From Neoconidiobolus thromboides FSU 785 (lineage: Eukaryota > Fungi > Entomophthoromycota), in assembly GCA_025603075.1 (NCBI GenBank), contig MU626373.1, positions 1 to 64,000 on the forward strand: a stretch of DNA of 64,000 nt. Direction: 5' to 3'. How positions within the stretch are numbered: position 1 is the stretch's first letter; the number at the start of each line of letters is the position of its first letter. Below, piece by piece: positions 37,063 through 52,679 of this stretch. A model generated the notes under the pieces. That model searched no databases, was not told the DNA's origin, and saw only the letters and a program-made list of their open reading frames with translations. The translations under genes and the position numbers were made by a program.

Positions 37063-37156
37063 GTAAGGGTGTACTTTAGAGAATTTTGCTGATAGCCTTT
37101 CCACTCAAATACTGCTTAAAAAAGAAAAAAGTGATAAAATCAAAAAAACACTTTCA
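37063..37156 (-). mobile_element. Degenerate MITE-like copy
   Basis: TTTCCACTCAAATACTGCTTAAAAAA..AAAAGTGATAAAATCAAAAAAACAC; boundaries approximate. Confidence 0.65.
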
Positions 37157-37680
37157 CGTTAAAAACGAATTTATGCAACTATTTTCTAGTGTATTTCTTG
37201 CTTTTACCATCAGTCCATCTGGGTTGATTTTTCGGAATATTCATTTATTGGCAAATATCTTTTCTCGGCTTTTATCATAAAGAATTAAAAACTATAAATG
37301 TTTATAATTGACTTCATTAAAGAAACTTTCATACCATAATTTATAAGACATATAATAATAATAATAAAACTTATTTCATGACAACTATTGATGTGAATTT
37401 TTACTTTATCTCACATTAGCTTATTACAATTTATAATTTTTTTATATAAACACCTTTGCTGTTATTTTCCCGCTTCCTATCATAATTTTGTGGGAATTTC
37501 TATAATAGAAAACTATGAAATCCTTTTATTCATCTTGGCATACAGAGTTTGGATTGCCAAGTAGTCTTATTAAATGAGCTTTAAAATACCTTTGATTAGA
37601 AAAAGCATATATTATAGATTATAAATAAAATACATAAGACAATTATTTTTGATATTTTAATTACAGCCTTTTGCTTAACT

Positions 37681-38311
37681 ATGACTACAAAGTTTTACTT
37701 TATAACCTCAGCAGTCAATTTATTTTGTTCTATTATACTAATTTGCCACGCCTTTAATTATTGGATTAACTACAATAGTTTCAATGCTATTGGTGTAATA
37801 CAAGGCATTTATTGCCTGTAAGAATTTTACTCATTGCTATGTATTAATGTTATGTCTCTAATTTGTTAGTATATTTTCAGCATTCTTAATTGGATTTGAA
37901 GTCGAAAGTATCCAGAATATTTATGTTGTTTATTTTCAATTTATGAAGTTTCCATTAGGCAGAGGATTAAGTAAGAATACATTGAATTTGATTTGTAACT
38001 TATTAACTCATTTTTTATATAGCTTATTTATTGTAATTCATTAAGTCTTCAGCATATAAGTACTCATATATTAACTCATTTTTAGCTTTAGTTTGATAAC
38101 TCTTACTACTACATGGTATGGTATCCTGAGTTTGATATTATTAATTAAGTTCGGGGCTTTATCTATTTTTATTCATTTTTTAATACCAGACTCCACTTAT
38201 TATCCTATTATACCATCTTTAACTAGTAATATATCCGATTATACGGGCGATGATAACCCAGTCAGTACTATAACCCCTACAGCGCCTGAAGTTATTACAG
38301 TTCCTAGCTAA
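37681..38311 (+). CDS. TVP15/COPI-associated-like multi-TM protein, paralog 1 (4 exons including 10-nt microexon 38023-38032)
   Basis: Spliced: MTTKFYFITSAVNLFCSIILICHAF...GIYCL/IFSAFLIGFEV...FQFMKFPLGRGLT/YLF/FSLITL..WYGILS; the F...GRG..Y motif is typical of the COPI_assoc family (recognised from memory). Confidence 0.7.
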
Positions 38312-38639
38312 TCTCCAGCTTAATAAATAAACTATTATTATTCCATTTATAAGAACAGTCGTGCAAATTACTTTTTGAAAATATGTAGACAGATATTTTT
38401 CATGATTATTATTTCTTGGCATATTCTTGCCAAGGATTTTTTAACTAAAGATAGAAATCATAATAAAAAAAGAAGACAGCGCACTTTAAAATAGGAAAAA
38501 TTAAAACCCAATAGATGAACAAAAAAACTTACTACTATTAAACAAAATTTATTGTTCCTAACTTGATTTTAGTTCATGTATATAAATCTTTATATTATAG
38601 TATACTTTTTCACTTTTGTTTTTTGATTAATTATTCTTA

Positions 38640-39275
38640 ATGAGTACCATTGTTTGCGTTGTTGCTTCTATTATAAATGTGTTATTTTCACTATTACTGT
38701 TTGCCCATGCAGTTCATTATTGTTTGTTGTATATAAATTTTGACAGAACTGGAATTGTCGAAAGTATTTATTGTTTGTAAGTATTAAAAGTCTTAGTTTA
38801 TATCCATGCAACTAATAATCAAGATTATTCTCTTTATTTTTATTAGCTACCGAAATCGGTAGCATTGAAGCTATGTTTAAACGAAACTTTAGATTCATTA
38901 AGAAGCCCATGGGAAGAGGACTTGGTAAATTAAATATATACATATTGATAGTATATACTAATATCATTTTATCAGCTTATATATTGTAATTATTATTATC
39001 TGATATAATATAATATGATTTTAATTAACTTTATCAGCTTTAGCTTTGTAACACTATCAATTACATGGTATGGGATAGCGTCTTTATTGAGCTTTATATT
39101 CTTTGGATTTGGATTTGTTGTGTTTTCGTTTTTATATCCAAATTATTCATTTTCTTCATTGGTACCATCGTTTAAACTAGAAGATGAAATTAAAATGATT
39201 GAAGCTTCAATTGGTAATCCAAATTCAATAAATCCTAGCATTGGTCAATCATCAGGGCAAGTTGCCAATATTTAA
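38640..39275 (+). CDS. TVP15/COPI-associated-like protein, paralog 2 (tandem; microexon 38976-38985)
   Basis: MSTIVCVVASIINVLFS..AHA...SIYCL/LFSLFLLATEI...FRFIKKPMGRGLA/YIF/FSFVTLSITWYGIAS; same intron positions as paralog 1. Confidence 0.7.
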
Positions 39276-39950
39276 TTTATTTTAATTAATAAAAGTTGTG
39301 TAATTTCACTTTTTTTATATTATACTTTATAAAGCAAGTATTTTCGTTAGTGGATTAAACTAAGACATATGCCTTGAACTCGATTATTAGAATTCAATTA
39401 AAAAACTTGATAAACACCTTAATTTCAATTATTTATGTATTCTTTAAAAATTATGAATACTTTGGAAAGTTTAAGTGGCTAATTTGACATAAAGAGCAAT
39501 AGCTCCAAACTGCTAGTCTGAAACAACGGTAGTCTATAGAATTAGCAAAACATAATTTAGAAACTATACTCCTGATTTTTTTGTATACATTAACCTTAGG
39601 AACCCTCAAACCCAGCTATTGCAATATCTGATCTAAATAACTATTCTGCCAACCATACAATAAGGTAAAGGGGGCGGATGAGTTTAGAAAGCAAGATCTT
39701 AAAGTAATATGGTTTTTATAAACGAAAAGAATCTTCAAAGTAAAGTTCATATAGATGAAACCTCTACAGTTATGGTTAAATTAAAGTTCCTTACATCCAT
39801 GATACTTTGAATAAATAAACACCTTATAATACTTTTTAAGGTATGTGCTAGCCCAAAGACTAGAAATAGGGCCAGCTCAATACTTTGTTTAAAAGGTTCT
39901 TTTTATAAGATTGTTTTATTACTTATTCTTAAATTATAAAAATTTTTCAA

Positions 39951-40049
39951 ATGGGGGTGTATTTTTTTATTTAATTTTAATAATGATCTTTTCGCTCAAA
40001 CAATGCTTAAAAGAATGGAAAAAGTGATGAAATCAAAGAAGCATCCTCA
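39951..40049 (-). mobile_element. MITE-like repeat copy
   Basis: ATGGGGGTGTATTTTTT...TTCGCTCAAACAATGCTTAAAAG..GGAAAAAGTGATGAAATCAAAG..CATCCTCA. Confidence 0.7.
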
Positions 40050-40166
40050 AACATTTATAAATAAATGTGTTAACCTTGCAATTTTAATCATTGACAGGTG
40101 ATTCTTATTTTACTAATTTAAATTTATTTGAGGAATTTATAAGCTTTTTTAAATACCAATTAAATG

Positions 40167-40271
40167 ATATCGGGGTATTTTTTGGTTTCATCATTTTTTC
40201 CGTTTTTCAAATGCAATTTGAGAGGAAAAATTATTAGTAAAATTATTAAACAAGAAAATACATCCTCATAT
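40167..40271 (+). mobile_element. MITE-like repeat copy
   Basis: GGGGTATTTTTTGGTTTCATCATTTTTTCCG...GGAAAAATTATTAGTAAAATT...AAAATACATCCTCATAT. Confidence 0.75.
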
Positions 40272-40864
40272 AATAATAAATTTCTTATAAATTCTACCAT
40301 ACTTTAAAGTCAAATGACATATTGAATAATACAAATTAAATAAAAAATACAAATTAATGAGCTTCTTATTATTTTTGTTATAAAGAAAATCAAATATTCA
40401 GTTGTCAAAATATAATATTTAGTAGTACATAGGCAATAATAGCAATTGATGATTGACTAATTCAGCTAATAAGTTTTTGACCTATTATCACTAATTTATT
40501 ACTACTCTTTGGCTATAATAACATAAATTGGTGCTATGTCTATTAGTGTTTTATTGTTTATTCATGATTGCTCAACATTAGAACAAATATAATTTTAAAT
40601 ATTTTAATTAATATATTTATGATATAAAATTCCAATATTATGCTATTAAATAAACACTTTATTAATTCTATTAAAGCTGAATTTTTATATACAAGCTAAT
40701 TAAAAGTTAGCAAAAGCATAATAGTTATCTATTATGAATATTGCTATTATATAAAAAGTAAAATTATTTTATTAATAAAAATTTTATATTTTAATGTTTT
40801 AATGTATAAAATTTATAATAAATCAGTATTTTCAGTTGAAATTTTTCTAAATTATTAAATAGCT

Positions 40865-40966
40865 TATGTGGCTGTGTTTTCGTGTTTAGGAATTTTACTA
40901 ACAATTTTTCCACTCAAATAGCGCTTAAAAGATGGAAAAAGTAATGAAACCAAAAAAACATACTCT
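40865..40966 (-). mobile_element. MITE-like repeat copy
   Basis: AATTTTACTAACAATTTTTCCACTCAAATAGCGCTTAAAAGATGGAAAAAGTAATGAAACCAAAAAAACAT. Confidence 0.8.
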
Positions 40967-40987
40967 TGTATTTTTATTTAAAGTAAT

Positions 40988-41262
40988 ATATGGGGATGTA
41001 TTTTTGTTTTTAAGAATTTCACTAACAAATTTTCCGCTCAAATAGCGCTTAAAAGATGGAAAAAATGCTGAAGCTAAAAAAGACATCCCCATATGGTGAT
41101 GTTTTTTTTGATTTGACTACTTTTCCATTTTTTAAGCGCTATTTGAGTGGAAAAATTACTGGGGATGTTTTTTTTGATTTCATTACTTTTCCATTTTTTA
41201 AGCACTATTTAAGTAGAAAGATTGTTAGTAAAATTCTTAAACATAAAAATATATCCTTATAT
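40988..41262. mobile_element. Composite MITE array: minus copy 40988-41094, head-to-head truncated plus copy 41091-41160, full plus copy 41160-41262
   Basis: Junction ACATCCCC-ATAT-GGTGATGT (shared ATAT); the second copy stops at GGAAAAATTAC and restarts at TGGGGATGTTTTTTTTGATTTCATTAC. Confidence 0.85.
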
Positions 41263-42060
41263 CATTAAAATTAAATACTATATTGATTTATTTCTAAAAC
41301 TATTTATATTAATCAGTTTTTGACTTTATATTTTTTTACTTTTGAGCTATTGTTATTAACAATAAAAATTACATTGTGAAAAAATAGAATTTTTTAAATA
41401 ATCTCTACTAAATTTTGTTAATTTTTGTAATTTATTTGTTATATAGATAAGTTTGATTAAAATTTTGATTTTTTGTCTAAAAAAATTTATATAAAATAAA
41501 GTTTGCTTAAAACATAAAATTCTAATATTTAATATTACAATAAAGAGAAAAGGTTATAATTTGAAATTATGGCAAATAAAGTGTATTCTATATCTTTATT
41601 CATATCTTAATTATTAAAGCATCTGGTTTTGCCTTTAGAAGATTATAGTATTTTTATAAAAACTCTTTGTGACTTCTATAACGCAATTTTTTATATAATA
41701 ATATTTATAAATGTTTATTAACAAAACAAAACCCTGTTTATAAATTTCATATAGCTTTATTTGAATCTATATATTTAAATATATCACTAGAAACATTCAT
41801 ATGTATTACTTGAATAGACTTGAGATAAAAAAATATAGACATTGATGATACTCAATTATAATACATACATATTGAACCTTTATTACATAAAATGACTCAA
41901 ATTACTAAAGGTCTAAAAAATTGAATTTCTAACTTTGCAAAGCTGCGAATACTTAAAGAATTAGCAGATGAAATTTGAAGAATCAATCCAATAAAATTCC
42001 TCAAAATAGAGTATCATAAAATCAAAAAAGTTTTGAATAAAAAAATTGACCATTTTCAAT

Positions 42061-45000
42061 ATGTCAAATCCTAAAGAAGAAACAAAATTAAATCCTACTT
42101 CAGCCGAAGAAGTTGCTGGTGATCAAACCGCTGCTGACAAAGCTGCTAAAAATGCCGCTAAAAACGAAGCAAAACGTAAAGCTAAACTTGAGAAATTAGC
42201 TGCTAAACAAGCTGCTCAAGCTGCTAAAGCGGAAAGTGTAAGTTCATCATAACTATGGCTGTACTTTTAAACTAACTCTAGTTAGACTAAAAAAAAGGAT
42301 AAGACTGACAGTAAAAAAACAAAAGAAAAGGTAGCTTTTGTTAATAAAACAAAACCTGGAGATAAAAAAGGTATTTATTAATCTATAAAATTGATATTTT
42401 TATTAAATTTAAAAAGATTTGTCTGAGCCATTGGAGTCCACTTATAACGCCATTGCAGTTGAATCAGCTTGGTATGATTGGTGGGCAAAAGAAGGTTTTT
42501 TCAAACCACAACTTACTGAAGATGGTAAAATTAAGCCAGAGGGGGCTTTTATAATACCTATTCCACCACCAAATGTAACTGGTAGTTTGCATATTGGCCA
42601 TGCATTAACTGTAGCTATTCAAGATGCTTTGATTCGTTGGAATCGAATGCTTGGAAAAACTGTTTTATTTAATCCAGGTTGTGATCATGCTGGTATCAGT
42701 TGTCAGTCCGTTGTTGAAAAAAATCTTTATAGGCAAGAAAAGAGAACAAGGCATGACTTAGGTAGAGAAGCTTTTGTTGATAAAGTTTGGGAATGGAAAG
42801 AGCAATATGGTGGTCATATCTATACCCAACTCAAACGTATGGGTGGCTCTTATGACTGGGAACGTGCTAAGTTTACTATGGACCCTGAACTTAACAAAGC
42901 TGTGATTGAAGCATTTGTTAGATTACATGATGAAGGTATTATCTATCGTTCTAAGAGATTAGTCAATTGGTGTGTACATCTCAACACTGCTCTTTCTAAT
43001 TTAGAAGTAGAAAATAAAGAGTTAACAGGTTCTACTTGGTTGAATGTCCCAGGTTATGATGAGTCAGAAAAATTCCAATTTGGGGCTATTCATTCCTTTG
43101 CTTATCAAGTTGAAGATACTGAAGAAAAAATTATTGTTGCAACTACACGTATTGAAACTATGCTTGGTGATACTGCTGTTGCCATTCATCCAGATGATGA
43201 AAGATATAAACATTTACATGGTAAACATGTCATTCATCCTTTCAACGGTCGTCGTATTCCAATTGTTTGTGATAGTATTGCAGTTGATATGGAATTCGGT
43301 ACTGGTGCAGTAAAGATTACACCAGCTCATGATTTCAATGATTTCGAAGTTGGTAAACGTCATAATTTAGAAAATATTAATATCTTAAATGACGATGGTA
43401 CATTTAATGAAAATGCTGCACCATTCCAAGGTTTAAAGCGATTCCATGCCCGTAAAGCAGTTTTAGCAGCTTTGAAAGAAAAGAATCTATTTATAGAAAC
43501 TAAAGATAATCCTATGGTTGTACCAATTTGCTCTCGTTCTGGAGATGTTATTGAACCTTTATTAAAACCACAATGGTGGGTTAATTGTAAAGAAATGGCC
43601 GCTGAAGCTATTAAAGCCGTTGAAGATGGTCAACTCAATATTTTACCAAAAGCTTCAGAACGTGAATGGTTCCGTTGGTTAGAAAATATTCAAGATTGGT
43701 GTATTTCTCGTCAATTATGGTGGGGACATCGTGCACCAGCTTATTTTGTTAAAATTGAAGGTAAAGAACAAAATACAGATGATAGTCAATATTGGATTGT
43801 TGGACGTAGTTATGAAGAAGCTTTAGAAAGAGCTACTAGTAAATTTGGACCAAATATTAAATTAGAGCAAGATGAAGATGTGTTAGATACTTGGTTTTCA
43901 TCTGGTTTATGGCCATTTTCTATTTTTGGATGGCCAGAACAAACAAAAGATTTATCTTTATATTATCCAAATTCATTACTTGAAACTGGTTGGGATATCT
44001 TATTCTTTTGGGTAGCTAGGATGGTAATGATGGGTATTAAATTAACCGGCCAAGTACCTTTTAAAGAAGTTTTATGTCATGCTATGATTCGTGATGCTCA
44101 TGGCCGTAAAATGTCAAAATCATTAGGAAATGTTATTGATCCTGTTGATGTTATTGAGGGTATTACTTTAGAAGAGCTAGGTGTTAAATTAGAAAAGGGT
44201 AACTTAGACCCAAGAGAAGTTAAAAAAGCTAAAGAAGGCCAAAAACAAGATTTCCCTAATGGTATCCCAGAATGTGGTACTGATGCTCTTCGTTTTGCAC
44301 TGTGTGCTTATCCTATTGCAGGTAAATAATAATTACCATATATAAAGTTTAAACTAAATTAAATTAGGTCGTGATATTAATTTGGATATCTTGCGTGTTG
44401 TTGGATATAGAAAATTCTGTAATAAATTATGGAATGTAACTAGATTTGCTCTTATGCGTTTAGATGAAAAATTCATTCCTAGATCTGATCCTAAAGTAAT
44501 TTAAATTAATATTATTAGTTATGATTTATTAATTTTTTTAGGCTACTGGCGAAGAATCTTTAGTTGAAAAATGGATTTTGAATCGTTTTAATATCGCTGC
44601 CATTGAAACTAATAAAGCGCTTGAAGAGCGTAATTTCATGAATGCTACAAACGCTGTTTATAATTTCTGGTTATATGAATTATGTGATGTATTTGTTGAA
44701 ATGATGAAACCAGTAGTAACTGATTTAAGTCCAGAAAATGAAAGTAAACGCCGTTCAATGCAAGATACCCTTTGCATTTGCTTAGAAGGTGGATTAAAAC
44801 TTCTCCATCCATTTATGCCTTTCCTTACCGAAGAACTATATCAAAGACTTCCTCGTAGAACTGATGATAAAGTTCCTTCTATTTGTATCGCTTCCTTCCC
44901 AGTCGGTGAAACTACTTATGAAAATTCAGAAGCTGATGCTTTGTTTGAATCCGCCTATTCTGCTGTTAAATCAGCTAGATCTTTACTAGCTGATAACGGT

Positions 45001-45266
45001 ATAACCAAGGGAGAAGTTAAAGGTAAGTTATAATATTACTATATATATTTATATTTGTTTATATTTATTTTATAGTTTATTATTCTACTGTTGATGGTAA
45101 AATAGCTGAAGCTCTTGAAGCAAATAAAGCTAGTTTCAAATCCTTAATTAAAGGATGCGAAGTATTTGAAGCTTTAGGTGATAAAGATGCTACTACTTAT
45201 GTTTCTAGTTCACCACAAGCCAATAATTTAATGGTTTATCTTGAATTACCAACTAAAGAAAATTAA
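42061..45266 (+). CDS. VAS1: Valyl-tRNA synthetase (6 exons)
   Basis: [13 protein letters not shown] (HIGH), [37 protein letters not shown] (KMSKS), ECGTDALRF; anticodon-binding domain in 44578-45023; last exon ends LPTKEN* at 45266. Confidence 0.96.
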
Positions 45267-45648
45267 ATTAAAGCTTAAAAACAACAATTGGTATTTGAAC
45301 TTTAAAGCTTCCTCCAAGGTCCGATAGTGATAGTATAGAAAGTAGTTTAATAAAAAAATGTGATAAAATATTCAAGCCTTCGTTATTGTTTTATAAATGC
45401 GCTGTACTGATAGTTTAGTAATGAGGCTAATATCTTTAGTTAAATTTAATTTCTATAGATATTAAATATGGATAAATATAATTTTGTAAAGAAATCTACA
45501 AATTATTTAACTTATTAATTTCATTAAGCTTATATTATACTAAGTATAAACAATTTTAAATCAGTTTAATCAATCTAAAATATAAAATTAGAAAAATTCT
45601 CCCAAATAGACCTATAAACCCCAAGCAAACTTATTTTTTATTTTGAAT

Positions 45649-46158
45649 CTATTTATCACTTGAAGGCTTCTTAGCACCATATTTCGATCTTGAAGTAGCT
45701 CTATTAGCAACGCCTTGTAAATCATATTTACCTCTAATGAGCTTATATTTCACACCAGGTAAATCAGGAGGGCCCCCACCACGAACAAGTACTACTGAAT
45801 GTTCTTGTAAATTATGACCTTCACCCGGAATATAAGCAATGATAGTTTTTCCATTACTTAATCGAACTCGTGCTACTTTACGTACAGCTGAATTAGGTTT
45901 CTTTGGTTTTGTAGTGTATACTTTCACACAAACACCTTTTTTCTGTGGATTGCCATCGAGAGCTGGACACTTGGATACATTGGGCTTGGTTTTACGACAA
46001 CCTCTTATTACTTGATTTAAAGTCGCCATATTACTCGTTTGAGTTTGTACCACAGTTAAACGATTAATGGGGTTAGTTAAGTTGGATTTGAGTAAATTAA
46101 AAGTTGGTGTCTTGGTTAAGGTTAACCCCCTCATTAGGGTACATAACATTGTTGACAT
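45649..46158 (-). CDS. MRPS12: Mitochondrial ribosomal protein uS12m (single exon, N-terminal presequence)
   Basis: [63 protein letters not shown]. Confidence 0.95.
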   Translation of the reverse strand: MSTMLCTLMRGLTLTKTPTFNLLKSNLTNPINRLTVVQTQTSNMATLNQVIRGCRKTKPNVSKCPALDGNPQKKGVCVKVYTTKPKKPNSAVRKVARVRLSNGKTIIAYIPGEGHNLQEHSVVLVRGGGPPDLPGVKYKLIRGKYDLQGVANRATSRSKYGAKKPSSDK

Positions 46159-46402
46159 TTTTTTTGGTTAACTATTTTAAAAATGTAAAAAATCTATAAT
46201 TTTTAAAAAAGTAAAAATTTAAAAAATCTTGAATACTCCAGAATTGAGTAGATTTCAAAAATTGCAAAAGTTAATTCAATTGAAGAATTAATTGAATTTC
46301 AAATTAAAGCGAAGAGAGTTGAAAATAAATAAAAATCGAAAGTTTTAAATTTTTATTTTACAAAATATATACTTTTATTAAAAAGAGAAAAAAAATCTAA
46401 CG

Positions 46403-46702
46403 ATGCATCCTACCTTAACACCCCATAAACATACAGAATGTATATCACAAATCATGGCCTTAAACAATTGTCATTTAAATCATCCAATTAAAAAATATTT
46501 TGGTGAATGTAATGATTTGAAAATTGAATTAAATAAATGTCTGGCTTTAGAGGTAATTGTTACTTTATTATAAAAACAAGATCAAATTAAACTAATACAA
46601 TACTATATTAAGTTTGAAGGCATACGTTCAGCTAATGCTAAAAAAGCTAAAGATGCTAAAAAAAGACGTGAAGAATTATGGAAAGAATTTGAAGATAAAT
46701 AA
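46403..46702 (+). CDS. CMC2: Twin CX9C mitochondrial COX assembly protein Cmc2 (2 exons; missed by the ORF track)
   Basis: MHPTLTPHKHTECISQIMALNNCH..HPIKKYFGECNDLKIELNKCLALE/FEGIRSANAKKAK...: two CX9C motifs and the MHP start typical of Cmc2. Confidence 0.85.
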
Positions 46703-47019
46703 ATGAATTTAGATATTGGCTTTTTGTTTTATGTTTGAAATGAAATTGATTGTTTAATTTAATAAACAAACATATTTCATTGCTAATTATAGTATTTAAT
46801 ATTTAAAGTTTACTATCAATTACTTCAGGTTAACTACTTTAACGTAAAGATATAGTTTACAATGTTTTATTTAATGATTTTGAACTATTAAATACCTATT
46901 CGGTTTTATTACTAAAATTAAGATTAGTTTATATTTAATAATATATTACAATACAATATAAACAATAAACTAGAAAAAAAAAAAGGATAATTATTTTATA
47001 GAATATCGACCAAGATTTT

Positions 47020-49359
<2,340 letters not shown>

Positions 49360-49640
49360 TTTTTATATATATTTTGAAAATAGAACAAAGATAATAAAAA
49401 AAGAGTTGTAAATCTAATTAATTTTTAATTCACTAAAAATAACCTCAAAAATTTCATTGAAAAATTATTGAGAGTTATCCAAATAAGTCAACTCTCGATT
49501 CTTGCCACATCAATAGTTGGAATTATGCAAATAACAGTTGTTTAGGTGGCTTTGAAAAACTTCAAAAAAAGTCATTCAATTTTCTTTTATTGATTTTTAA
49601 AAAAAAAATCAAAATTTCAATATAAAATAAACAAATATAA

Positions 49641-52616
49641 ATGACCACTCCAATAAATAATAAATCCACTACAATAAACTCCAATAAAAGTTTATCATCA
49701 GGTAGAATTCAATAACTGATATTGAAATAATTACAACTAATACTTGATTTTGTTAGATCCAAAATATTTAAAATTCAATTACTCTATTGAACGTACATTG
49801 TCAGCATTTGAAAGTGTAAGTGAGTGGGCGGATGTCTCTGCATTTTTATCGCGTTTACAAAAAGTAAGCTATTTTAATTCAAAGTTCAAAGTTCAAAATA
49901 AAAATATATTCCATACGAATCATATAAACTAAACCCATTCAATTAATCATTTTCTCTGTTTATAGTGTTTTGAAACATATCCTCAATTTAAAGTTATACC
50001 GCATAAATTATTATTAGCAAAAAGGTTAGCTCAATGTTTAAATCCAGCTTTACCAACGGGGGTTCATCAAAAAGCACTATTAGTTTATCAAACTATTTTT
50101 GAACAGATGGGGGTAAGTTTTGATCTTCTTAATATTGGTGTTTTAATATAAGATTTTAATGGAGATGATTGTTTTTAGTCTGATCTATTAGCCCAAGATT
50201 TAGCTATTTATGCTTATGGTTTATTTCCGTTTATGCAATTTGCATCCATGACGATTAAAGTAAGTTTTATTTTATTTGGTTATCTTTTTACTAACTTTTC
50301 TCTTTTAGTCTCAATTATTAAAGATTTATGAAACTTATATAGTAACTCTCGATAAGTCATTAAGACCGTGTACAAAAAGTCTGATAATATCTTTATTACC
50401 TGGAATTGAGGAAGAAGGGAATGAATATTTTGAACAAGTATTTAAATTATTAGATTCATTATCGATCAAAGTAGGTCAAGATTTCTATTTACAAGCAATG
50501 TGGTTAGCACTTATTTCTACACCTAAAATTCGATGTGCAGGGATTAATTTTTTAATCAAAAGATTTCCTAAGATAAAAGATGGTAAAGGTAAGTAGACTA
50601 TGAAGCTGAAAGAAGAAGAAATGGAGTATTAATGATTTTGTTTTTTTAGAATTATCAGAGATATTAGGAAATGATTTAAACCTAATGATCAATGCCATCT
50701 GTGCTACTTTAAATGATAAAGATCATTTGGTGAAAAGAGGCATGTTGGATATTATTATTAAATATTTGCCACCCAATTTAAAGTAAGTTGAATTATATTA
50801 AATATAATAATAATAATGATTAATTTCATTTTTATATTTGATATTATTAGTATATTAACAGAAGATCAACTATGTCAGTTGATGATCTCATTACTATCGA
50901 TATTTTTAAGTAGGGATATGTCTTTAAATAGAAGAGTTTATGCTTGGTTATTAGGTAATTCTTGACATAATATGATGATATGAATGGTGATATTTATTTG
51001 TATTTTTATTATAAAAAGGAAGTGGAGAAACCATGGAAGTAACTATTAATTATTTTAAAGCTTATTGTTTAAACGCAATGAGTTTAGCTATTAAAGTAAG
51101 AAATCATATTTATTTTATTATATATTTTATTATTAATCTTCTTCAATAATAGAGAATGTTTGAGTTGAACACAACATCACTAAATGAGTTGCAAAAACCA
51201 TATCGTATATTAATTTCATTAATGGACAAGCAAGAATTAGGGCCTGTTATGTTACAATATCATTTTGATACTATAATGAATAGAAGTTATTTACAATGTA
51301 AAAAGAATTTATTATATGAAAAAGAATTAATAATGAACTCAAAATTATTTTTGGATACAATTGAACCTTATTTTATTTGGTCTTATATTAATAGGACATT
51401 AAATCAATTAGAGATCGAAGGAGATGAAACGAATTATAAATTGGAATTGATATTATTTGTATTTAATATATTGGAATTTAATGAAGAAGAAGTAGAATTT
51501 ATTCATCTACCTTGTTTTTTAATTCGATGTTTACAGTTACTGCAAACGAAGAAACAACAATTAGATTTTTTCAAATATCAAAAAAATGTATTAATGACAT
51601 TAGAATTAATTACTTCATCAATGTCGAAATTACCAAAAGATATATTTAAACTTGAGATTACTATAGAGAATGATAATATAGAGGATAGGGATATTACAAA
51701 GTTAATTAGAAATTATTATAATCCAATAAAACAACAAGGAAATGAAGATGAAGAAAATGAAAATGAAAATGAAAATATCAATACAACTCAATTATTATTT
51801 AGTAAAATTAAGGGGTTTAATTTATTTAACATTATATTATATAAATTATTGATCATTGGGAAAAGTATTTTATTACATTTCTTACAAAATAATCAACAAC
51901 AAGAAATAATTAACAATAATAATAATCAATTATTTATATCAATATCCGAATTATTAAAACAATTGACTTCATTTCCATTTGATTTAAATACATTTTATAC
52001 GTTTTATGAAGTTAATAATAATAATATAAAGGATAATTTAAAACGTAATGGGTTACAATTAATTAATGAATTTACAACAAATTTAGTTTTATGTTGTTAT
52101 AAAGTAGAAGATTTTATTATAATTGAAAGTTCAATCAAATGTTTAGTTGATTTAACATTAAAACAAATAACTTTAAATCAAACTTATTTAACGAAAGAAA
52201 TATTATTATTAATATTAGATAAATTATGGGATAATTTAAATGAATCAAATGAACAGTACCAATCTAATATAATTGAATTAATTTGGTTATTAAGTAGTTT
52301 ATATGATATTAAATTAATTGAAAATTATATTTCAATGAAAATAAGTGAATCCAATTTAAATAACAATAGTAATTTCAATAAGTTTGGATTATTTTGGGAA
52401 ATATCGAAATTAAATGGACATGATATAGCAAAATATTTTTATCAACCATTATTAATTGTATTAGATTTGTTAGAACATAATGATATACAAATTAAACAAA
52501 GAAGTCAATATTGGATTCGAAATTATATTATTTCGTATAATGACATATTTAATGTTATGATAGATACATTAATTAGTTTAGATTTTAGAAGAATTCTAAT
52601 TAATAAGAAAAAAGAA

Positions 52617-52679
<63 letters not shown>

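Noticed and set aside
39480-39900. Interrupted coding-like stretch containing YTPDF (PD-(D/E)xK nuclease-like)
   Set aside because: Multiple stops and frameshifts; a 5-residue motif is not enough to name a family.
42046-42060. TTG-initiated upstream extension of ValRS as a mitochondrial targeting isoform
   Set aside because: An in-frame TGA at 42034-42036 limits any extension to a few residues, too short for a presequence.
45649-46158. Bacterial or organellar contamination suggested by intronless S12 (and L27)
   Set aside because: Both have mitochondrial-presequence-like N-termini, L27 has spliceosomal introns, and both sit among nuclear genes of the same composition.
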